Source: the human T2T-CHM13v2.0 reference genome, Homo sapiens
Assembly: GCF_009914755.1 (NCBI RefSeq)
Contig: NC_060932.1
Reading direction: 5' to 3' (one strand)
DNA length: 64,000 nucleotides
Shown here: positions 52,511 to 64,000 of the stretch, piece after piece
Layout: each line of letters begins with the position of its first letter
Numbering within the stretch: the first letter of the stretch is position 1
Program-made: the position numbers and the translations under genes
Notes under the pieces: model-generated
Seen by the model: the letters and a program-made list of their open reading frames with translations, nothing else
Database searches by the model: none
What the model was told of the DNA's origin: nothing

Positions 52511-53311
52511 TTACCTATTCATAAATTAATTAATTTAATTAATTAATTAAGCAGATATATTTCCACATGATACAGAAAGTTAAAGACAAAAAAGAATCAA
52601 ATGTTTGGGGATCAATACTAACATCACATGTTCTTATAAAGAGTGGTTCAGTGATATGGTAGAAATAGAAGCCAAATTATAGTTGGTAAATCCACAGACA
52701 GAAAGTTAGAAAAAGAAAATGACCTTAAGTGTGGGCTGATTTGTCAAGAAATTGGCTAAGAAAGGAAAATAAGAACATAAATAGTCTTGAGAAGGTAAAT
52801 TTTAGGGTTGTCTGTTGGCTTGCTAATTTTTTAATATGTGCACCTTGCTATTTGAAAGGAAAAGAGAGTCATAAAATACAAACCAAAAAAAGTGGTATTT
52901 GACACAAAATATGAGATTCCTAAGGAAGTAGGAGGGCGTAAGATCTGGTATATATTTTCATGAGAATACTTGAATCCGAAGGAGTTACATCACATGCACT
53001 GAGATAGGAAAGATGAGAAGAGAATATGGATATACACAAAGAGATGAATATATGACTGTCAGAAAATTAAATTGTTGAAAATCTCACCTTTGGCCTTTAT
53101 TTTTTTTCAGTTGAGTGTGCAATCAGCTGCTGAGAATAATAACAGTGGTGGTAAGTCTGAGGTTTGAACAAAGAAGCGAAAATTTTAATAGCTGCTAAAG
53201 GAATGAAAGATGATGTTAACCATGGAGAAATGCAGAAGAATTGGCCCCAGGCCCCAAAGGCCAGTTGAGACCCCGAATGTGAAATGATACCAAATATCCA
53301 TGGTAGCTCAG

Positions 53312-53677
53312 TATATCAGTCCATTTTCACACTGCTATAAAGAATACCTGAGACTGGGTAAAAGAAAAAGATTTAACTGACTCAGTTCCACATGGCCGGG
53401 GATGCCTCAGAAACTTACAACCATGGCAGAAGGGGAAGCAGGCATCTTCTTCACAATGCAGCAGGAGAGAGAAGAATGAAGGAGGAACTTCCAAACATAT
53501 ATAAAGCCATCAGATCTCATGAGAACTCACTCACTATCACAAGAACAGCATGGGGGAAACGGCCCGCATGATCCAATCGCCTCCGTCACTCCACACATAG
53601 GGATTACAGGTCCCTCGACACATGGGGATTACAATACAAGATTAGATTTGGATGGCGACACAGAGCCAAACCATATC
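53312..53677 (-). mobile_element. THE1D MaLR solo LTR
   Basis: 'cagtccattttcacactgctataaagaatacctgagactggg...gacacagagccaaaccatatca'. Confidence 0.9.
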
Positions 53678-55459
53678 ACATGATTTCTGTATCAGAATTC
53701 AGCTGTCTAGATATTGAAATGAGACACTGAGAGGTTAAATTGGTACAGGGTTGAGCTTTACAATAAAGACAAGTGAGCAATGAAAAGCTATTTATGAAAA
53801 CATTAGTGAAATGGTGGGTCACGATAACTCTATTGAGCTAAGCTGGATAGCAAGGAATGTGAAGCACAAAGCAGGGTGATAACTGAAAAACAACAAAAGA
53901 TCCCAGAGTTTGGAGGTTTAAAGGATAGGTAGAGGGCAAGAGAGAGAGGAGAGAAACTAAAAGTAAAAGATGGAAAGTGGGATTTGGAGTTCCAGATTTA
54001 AGGAGACTTTGGCCATGACAATGACCAAGAGAGAACATGGACAAAGTGGAAATTGAGGTAAGGATCCCTGAAGATTAGTAAGTCAAAACACTACCTCATG
54101 CTTCCTTTATCCTGGACTCCATGCTTATAACCACTGGGTCTTTCTTCAGAAGCAGAGTGTGCCACTAACAGGAAGACTTCATGGAAATTGCTTACTTTAA
54201 ATGTTCCACAAAAGTACAGGTAATTGTGAAATGAAGAGTATTCATCTAATAGATTGTATAATATATGATTTTTCAAGACCATAATATGTCAACCCTTTCA
54301 ACTTGTAAAATTTACTACAGAAAAACTGCTTCCCCTGGGAATGGGTCCAGGGATGGTGATGCATTTTACCGTGGTTTGACCCTCTGCAATTGTCTGTATT
54401 TGGATATTTGGTTACTGCTGAAATTCACTGGTTTCACATTAATACTAACTTAGAGAATGTTTGTCATGTTTCTAAATGTTGAAGACCTTATAAAACAGTG
54501 TAAATGTCTACAGAAGAGGAAAGAGCACTACAAAATAATTTTGCATTAGACCACTGTATTTGTCAAGGTCTTCTAAGTGTTGTTTATGAAATGTGGAAGA
54601 AGCTCTGCAACTTTGGCAGAAAAGAAGTCCTCCACACTCTCTGGATGGAACTATGACATCTGTCAGACCTCTGGAAGTCAAGATACCAGAAATTTGGGGT
54701 GACTCATTCATCCACTAAAAAAATGTATTACCTGCTTTCTTGGTGCTATTAACGAATTGGGTGATTTTAGACAAGTCATTTAAACTCATTGAGCCAAGGG
54801 ATGTTTGTCTGTAAGGTGAGCCTATAAAACCTGACTTACTGATATTACTGAAAATAAAAGGAGAATAAAGCTATAAAATAGTAGTTCCCCTCCAAAGAAG
54901 CCTAAATCCTTGAGTCTAGAAGTTGAACCTCATCTTAGTAATTCCTTTTCCTTCCCTTATACATGCTGCCACACAATATATAAATCATGCCTCCACCCTA
55001 TGGAAATATACCGCAGGAACTTAGTCCATTAATTAATCATCATCATGTCTTTGTCCTCTCTTATCACTTTCTCCCTCTTCATCCACTATTTTCTGTCAGC
55101 TTGCTCTCAGGCCACCTAGCCAAGCATGATTAAGGTAAAAGTACTTTAACCAAAGCATTGAAGAAATGGGATGCATTGTTTGCCATCTCTTTCCCCTGCC
55201 TCATCAAATCATCTCTGGGCCCACAACTATAATGGAATCTAGGAGATATCCCCCCAAATTTTATCATCACTCTTAAATAATAAAAATATTTTAGAGAGGT
55301 ATGGTGGAGGCATGGTAGAGAGTCAGAACTTTCACCACTGTCCAGCAGTAATGAGAAACTTCCCCTCTTTGACTGTCAATAGCAGCCACATGGGAATCTG
55401 GACTTCTGTCTCTACGTGGAAGTTATGAGGTGGCTAGAGCAGTATAAAAGGCATCCAGA

Positions 55460-55800
55460 TGTTATAAATGCCCATGTCTCCCCAAAAATTCATATGTTGA
55501 AACCTTAACCTCTAATGTAATGATATTATGAGATGGGTCTTTGAGAGGTAATTAGGGCTAGATGAAACCATGAGGGTAGATTCCTCATGAATGGAATTAG
55601 TGTCCTTATAAAAGTCCTGAAAGGGCTTTCTTCTTCAACTGCCAAGTAAGGACCCAGCAAGAGGATGGTCATGTATGAACCAGGAGATGGGCCTTCACCA
55701 GACACCAAATGTGCCAGAGCTTTTATCTAGGACTTCCCAGCCTTCAGAACTATGAGAAATGAATTTTTACAGTATCTTTGTTGTAGCAGCCCAAGCTAAA
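55460..55800 (+). mobile_element. MLT1A/B MaLR LTR nested in the L1
   Basis: 'ccccaaaaattcatatgttgaaaccttaacc...ggacttcccagccttcagaactatgagaaat'. Confidence 0.85.
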
Positions 55801-56835
55801 ATACCAGCTAAAACGGAAGCTTTAAATAATACTAAAGACTCATAATATAACTGCCAAATATGTCCAGGTTTTAAATAAAAATCACTTATCACACCAAAAA
55901 CCAGGAAGATCTCAAGCTGAATAAAAGAAAACATAGTCAATAGATGCAAACACCAAGATTACAGAGAGGTACAATTATCTGACAAAGATTTTATAGCAGA
56001 TCATCATTAAAAAATGTTTCAAGTAGAAATTACAAACATGCTTAGTGAAAAAATATAAATATTAAGCAAACAAATAGAAGATATAAAGAAGAACCAAGTA
56101 GAAATTGTAGAACCAAAAAATATAATAACTAAAATAAAATATACAATAAATGGAATCAATGAAATAATAGTGGGTACAGAAGAAAGAACCAGTAAACTTA
56201 AACACAAAAGAACAGAAATTACCTAATCTGAATAACAGACAAAATATATAATGTGTATTTTTTTAAAAAGATCAGAACCTGAAGGACCTGTATGGCTATA
56301 ACAAAAGATTTAACATTCATGTCATTAGAGTTCTGAAAGAAAAGGAAAAAGGGGGTGTGTCTGAAAAAAGTTCAAAGAAATAATGACCTCATGCCAAATT
56401 TGTTAAAATGCATAAATCTACAGATTCAAGAAGCTAAGTGAATTGCAAACAAAATAAACACACAAAAATACATGCCAAGAGCCATCACAGTAAAGCTTCT
56501 GAAAGTTTAAAACAGAGAAAAATAATGAAATCAGGGTGATAAGGATGACATCTTACCCATGGGGAAGAATTTGAATGAAAGTATATTTCTTATCAGAAAC
56601 TATGGAAATCAGAAGGAAATGTAACAATATTTGTTAAGTGAAATAAAAGAATTGTTAAACCAGATCCTATATTTAAGGAAAATACACTTCAAAAGTGAAG
56701 GGGAACTCAAGACATTCTGATGTAGAAAAACTGAGAATTTGTCAGCAACAGACATGTCATAAAAGAATAGCTAAAGAAAGTTCTCTCAACAGAAAGAAAA
56801 TGATTAAACAATCAATCTTAGAACATCAAGAAAGA

Positions 56836-57137
<302 letters not shown>

Positions 57138-57339
57138 AGAACATTAAGAAAGAAAAAAGAAAACAGTAGGCAAAAATATAGGTAAATACAATGGACTGTC
57201 ACTTCACTCTGGAGTTCTCTAAAGTTATGCTTAATAGTAGAAGTGAAAATTATAAAGCTCTCTGATATAGGTCTCAATATATGTGGAAGAAATGTTTATA
57301 ATATAATATACCTAGAGTAACCACTTAAAAAGCTATATA

Positions 57340-57691
<352 letters not shown>

Positions 57692-57825
57692 CTAAAAAGT
57701 ATTTAAGTAACTATAGAAAAGCAAGAAGCAAGTATAAACTTGAAAAACTGATGTAAAAAACAGAAAACAAAAAAAATTCTAGTAATAAGCACTACAATAT
57801 AAGTGATTACAAAATGTAAATTTTA

Positions 57826-58125
<300 letters not shown>

Positions 58126-59077
58126 AATGTAAATTATATTAAATAAATCAATTCAAAGAGATTGGCAGAGTGGGTTAAAAACATAACTCATTTATATGCT
58201 GTTTACAAGAAACTCACTTCATATATAAATATTAAAAGAATAAAAAAGATCTACAAACTAAGCAAAGAAAGACTTAAGTAACTATATCAATATCAGATAA
58301 AGTAGATAAAGTAAACTTCAGAGCAAAGCAAATTATCATAGACACAGAGGGACATTATATGATGAAAAGGTCAATTCAGCAAGAAGACATAGCAATCCTA
58401 AAGTATATAGACAACAGTACTGCAAATTATGTGTAGCAAAAGCTAATAGAATTAAAAAAAAATTTAAAAATATAGTTGAATAATTTAACACCTCTCTCTC
58501 AAAAATTGATGGAACTAGATAGAAAATTATCAAAGTATAGTAGATTCAAAACACAATCAAATGTCATAATCTAATTGACCTTTATAGAACACTCCACCCA
58601 ACTGAAGCATAATACACATTATTTTTCAGTTTCCATAGAACACATACCAAAATAGATCACATCCTGGGCCATAAAACAAATGTAGAAGAATTGAGATCAT
58701 ACAGAATGTATTCTCCAGCCATGATGGAATACAACAGAAATCAGTAACAGAAGGTAACCGGAAAATACCCAAGGAACAAAAAGGAAGGTAATGTTTCTAC
58801 ACATTGCTTAAACTGGTGAAGTGATGGTATCAGCAGACTGTGGTAAATTATAGAAAAAGATAGATAGATGATAAATAATGGATGGACAGATAGATAGACA
58901 TACAGATAAACAATATACTTCTAAATAAGCCATGAGTCAAAAAGGAAATCTAAGGGAAAATTTAAAAATTCATTAACCTGAATAAAAATTAAAATACTGA
59001 ATATCAAAACTTGTTGTAGACAGCTAAAGCAATGCTGAGAAAAAATATATAGCATTAAGTGCATACATTTAAAAAGA

Positions 59078-60062
59078 AAAGCCATATATAACAGACCCAC
59101 AGCTAATATCATACTGAATGGGGAAAAACTGAAAGACTTTCCTCTGAAATCTGGACTATGACAAGGATATCTACTATCACCATTGTAATTCAAAATAATA
59201 CTAAAAGTCCTAGCTAGAACAATAAGACAAGATAAAGAAATAAAGGACATACAAATTGAAAACAAGTAAATCAAATTATCCTTCTTTGCAGATGATATGA
59301 TCTTATGTTTGAAACAAATCTAAAGACTCCACCAAAATACTATTAGAACTGATAAACAAATCCAATAAAGCTTCAGGGCACAAAATCAACGTACAAAAAT
59401 TAGTAGCATTTTTATATGCCAACAGCAATCTGAAAACAAAAATCAAGAAGGTAATCCCATTTAAAAGAGCTACAAATAAAATTAGATACCTAGGGATTAA
59501 CTTAACCAAGGAAATGAAAGATCTCTCCAACAGAAATTATAAAACATATATGTAAGAAATTGAAGAGGGCACAAAAATTTGAAAGATATTCTATGTTCAA
59601 GGATTAGAAGAATCAATATTGTTAAGATGTCTATACTACCCAAAGTAATCTACAAACAATGCAATCTCTATTGAAACACCAAGGATATTCTTCACAGAAA
59701 TAGACACAATTCTAAGATGTATATGGAACCACAAAAGATGCAGAATAACCAAAGCTTTTCTAAGCAAAAAGAACAAAACTAGAGGAGTCACATTGCCTGA
59801 CTTCAAATTATACCATAGAAAAAAAAATCCTACATTTAAAATAACTAAAAGACCGAAAACTATTGAAAAAAATTTTAATAACAGAAACAGCATAATTGGA
59901 TTGTTAAAAACACAAAGGATAAATGCTTGAGGGGATGGATACCCCATTTACCCTAATGTGATTATCATGCATTGTGTGCCTGTATTAAAATATCTCATGT
60001 AACACATAAATATATACATCCACTATGTAGCCACAAGATTTAAAATTAAAAATTTAAGAAAT
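59078..60062 (+). mobile_element. Younger L1MA (RT region plus 3'UTR, internally deleted) nested in the older L1
   Basis: Encodes RT remnants ([13 protein letters not shown]...LFADDMI); jumps to an L1MA 3'UTR 'aaatgcttgaggggatggataccccatt'. Confidence 0.8.
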
Positions 60063-60845
60063 AAAAAGAATAAAAGTCTTAAATTAATGGCTAAGCTCCC
60101 ATCTCAATAACTCAGGAAAGAAGAACAATATAAATGCAAAGCAAGAAGGAAAGAAATAACAAAGTAAAAACAGAAACCGATTATATTGAAGGCATAAAAC
60201 CAATAGGGAAAATTAATGAAACAAAGAGCTATTTTTTAAAAAAAGATCTATAAAGTGACAAAATGTTGGCAAAATTGACAAAAAAAAGAAGATACAAATT
60301 ACTAATATCCAGAATAAAACAGGAATATTATGATGAGCTTTGCAGGCTTCAAAAGGATAAGAGAGTACTAAGAACATTTCTTCACATTTAAGTTTAAAAG
60401 CTTGGATGAAGTGGACCAGTTAGTTAAAAAACACAAACTACCACAAATCACTCAATATTAAATAGATTAGTTGAATGGCCCTATAACTATTAAAGAAATT
60501 AAATTTGTAATTTAAAAACTGAAACTTCTTCCATGTGTTCAGAAATTGTTAGGAATATTAATAGGATATTATTAGAAAGAGTTAGCTCACTGATCTACAA
60601 CATAAAGCCTGATACAGAGCTAACATTCAGTCCCTGTCATAATACACAAATATATACATGAATAACAAGTTTAATATTGATCTTATAGAGATATTAGGCA
60701 AGTCACTTGTTCAATTCTCATGTATTTTAGGCAATATAGAATTCTACCCAATAAAGACTTGAGAAAGTATCAGCATTCACTTGGTACTGGGCATTTGTAA
60801 AATGCTAAAGGTATATTCATTTATCATTCATTTATTCATTCAGTA

Positions 60846-61124
<279 letters not shown>

Positions 61125-63571
61125 TCATTCAGTATATTTTACATGTCAAGCATCATGCTAAATTCTAAGGAGGTAAATATAAATGATGTTATACTTGACT
61201 TCAAGAAACTAACAGTCTATTAAACAAAATTTAACATGGACCCATTTGGCCAAAAGTCGGAAGAACTGAGCTCCAAGCCCTGACCTTGACTCTCTGTAGC
61301 TTTCTTCTTAACCCAGTAGGACTCTTCTTCCCCAAAAGTATCTTGACTCACTGACCTTGTCACCATCCCACCAACATAGCCTGAAATTCAGAAGAACTCA
61401 GACAGGTAAAGAACACTGAATTTATCCGAAAAGTATATTTTCAGATTACTCTTAGAGCCATAATGTGAATGCCAAAGAACAAGACTCATGGATGAGCAAG
61501 GCACAAAATATATCATTTAAACCACATTTCTCATGGATTCTGAGACCCTTTGCCTGCCCTTTATGATAGTACATAAATGTGCAGATCAATAGAGAAGGTT
61601 ATGTAGACAATGTCCAGTTTCAAGTTAAATACAGATAAACGTTACTACCCATATGCATATCAAAATCTTGAATATTTTATTCCTTCTCTTTATCCTGAGA
61701 AAAGAGGGAGAGAGAGGGGGAGCAGAAAGAAAGAGAGAAAGAACAAGACAGATCATTATTTAATAGATACAGCAGATTTTATCACTATTTCCCTCCTTAG
61801 CAGATTTGTTTTTCCTAACGTTGCAAGCTTAGCAATTGCTCTTGGGAGACACAATGGCATTTCTCAGCAAATCCTGTATTTTGGATTTGGCTTCATCTGT
61901 ATCTAATGAGTCTTCATCTAATTCGGATCATCATGGATCAATACACTCACATCATTTATTCAATCCATTTTAAAAACAACCTCACTAACACCTCACACTT
62001 AGAATGCTTCATTAATTTATAGTAACCAGGACATTTGAAAACAAACACTGATTGATGTTTTAGTCTCATCTTAAAATGCGTGAATGCTGATTTTATATAA
62101 CTTTGAAAACACTCAAAAGAAGAAAAAAGTAAAAGCAACCACGAAGTCTTATACTAGAAAATATTCGGTTATGTTTTCTGTGTAAATCATTCTAATCTTG
62201 CACACACATATATATAGAAATATTTATTTATTTTGTTTTGATTCTTAGCTTTTTTGCATGGTGATAATATTCTATATTCTATATCTGTGTCTATATTCTA
62301 ATATTCTATATCTGCCTCTTTCTTGCCTATTATTACAACTGAGCATTTTCCAAATTAGTTACAAATTACTTCTTATTTTTAAGGACATTATAGCTTTATA
62401 TCAACTGAGTATTCTGTGGTTTATAGCCATTCACTGGGTATCATTTCCACATTCCAACTATTATGAATAAGCTGTGATTACATCTTTGCTCATAAACTAT
62501 TCCTCTGTATGCCCCTTTCAGAGTCTATTACCAAGTTAGTTACGTGTCTAGGTACATGTCTGCTACTTGTCTGTTCACTCTGCACTATAAATCTGGAGGA
62601 CAGGGATTGTGTTTTCCACCTCTGATCCTCCAGTACTCAGCACAGAGCCTGTGCTTATAGTAAGCAAGCAACAAAAGCTTGTGAGGACAAAAATCGCTGA
62701 TCACTTAGGCACCTATACAGTACCCTACAGAAACAGAATTACAAAAAAAAAAAAATAGTGTTCATGCTAAGGACTTAGAGCAAAACACACCAGTGATTAC
62801 TAGGGAGCCCAAGGATGCCAGATTACTGATGGCAGTCTTCTTAGCAGTGGATGAGCTGACCCATAAAAACACCTGTTCACCTGGCCTTGGCAATGTGTTG
62901 GTGCCTATTTCCAAGTAACTGGTCTGTTATAGGAATTCCTTTTCTGAGTACAGCTTAGTCAGGTACAGCTGAGGTTCTTATTGATATCTCTGACTCAAGT
63001 TCCTTTGAACGAACCAACAGGACTTGCTAAAATGCCCACAAGTTTCCTGGGTTTACATATGGATCTAGAGATTTGTTTACATACCTGTCTCTTTGCCTCC
63101 CTGTTTAATTTCCTACCCCTCATTGTGAGCTCTTTGAAGGCAGAAATCAAATCTTACCTATCTTGCTTTGCCCATTATTTAGCATTTAGAACAGAAGACA
63201 TGGAGTTCAAATTTGAACTCAGCCTATATGATTCTGAGCCCTGGGATATTTCATTTATTCAACAAATATTTATTGAGAGTCTGCTATGTACATGGTTATA
63301 TGCCACCTGCTAGATACAGAGATGTCAACACAGAAGGGGCAATTGGGTGATGGCCACCACAATCCTCTAGGTACGTAAACAAAATCCTGGCTGAATCTAG
63401 CCCAAAGATAATGTTGAAACAAATTGAACTTAGACTTCCTTTGACTGGAAAATTAGAGTGTCTGAATCTTCAACAAAATGTCTAGAATAAATGGTTTAGT
63501 TATCTGATATCTTTAAAGGGCCTGAATAATTTGGTGGCAGTGAGAACACAGGTCCTACTCCTTTGTCTTAC

Positions 63572-63643
63572 CTGGAGCATTTTAAGTTGCAACTTCCATC
63601 GACCAGAAATTAGTAGTCATGATGCTGACCTACTCTGGGGACC
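63572..63643 (-). ncRNA. Candidate minus-strand non-coding exon (72 nt)
   Basis: Minus-strand acceptor 'cttaatctttccag|' and donor 'cag|gtaaga'; stops in all three frames. Confidence 0.33.
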
Positions 63644-64000
63644 CTGGAAAGATTAAGCTATAGTCACAGATTGCTGTGATTAACTGGAGGTGGTGCTCTC
63701 AGGCTTACACTGTTCTCCTTCAGGCTGGCTTCCCATGCAAATCAGTCATATTTGAATAAATGGCTCATATTCCCTTTAACACAGAGAATCCCCAGAAACA
63801 TGGAAAAGGGTCAATTTGTGACCCAGGAAGGGGAAAATTCTCAAAGAGAAAGACAATACTCAAGATCAGGTTGGGTTTAATCAGCCATGTTGAGAGAAAC
63901 AAAAATTATTAAAGCTATCCACTCCTTAGGGCACTAGATCTTTCAGGAGACATCCCTTCCCTCTTCTTCTACCCAACTCTTCAATGTTTTTGCTTGTCCT

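Noticed and set aside
53590-53635. Tandem duplication of acacat(a/g)gggattaca in THE1D
   Set aside because: I recall this as a shared variant in THE1D-type LTRs, so it is probably not locus-specific.

Overview
Primate (almost certainly human-type) non-coding genomic DNA, AT-rich and dominated by interspersed repeats: about 17 Alu elements or fragments, several L1 fragments including a ~5 kb nested old L1M, L2/MIR relics, MaLR/ERVL solo LTRs (MLT1, MLT2, THE1D, LTR18B, LTR33, LTR78-like) and DNA-transposon fossils (Tigger2, MER5, MER102, MER46C, Charlie4-like). I find no credible protein-coding gene. The supplied ORFs are repeat-derived or chance ORFs, and the 500-800 aa ORFs at 49.4-51.8 kb are artefacts of a stop-free 2.2 kb TTCC[A/G](TA)n minisatellite. 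The most notable items are that structured VNTR, an inverted-duplication hairpin inside an Alu, a TSD-flanked Alu ending at its middle A-linker, two dispersed short direct repeats, a compact RUNX/IRF/NF-kB/C/EBP motif cluster, and splice-signal-defined candidate lncRNA exons on both strands. I could not identify the locus by name. Repeat subfamily calls come from my recollection of consensus sequences and boundaries are approximate. I see no evidence of a new multi-gene system.
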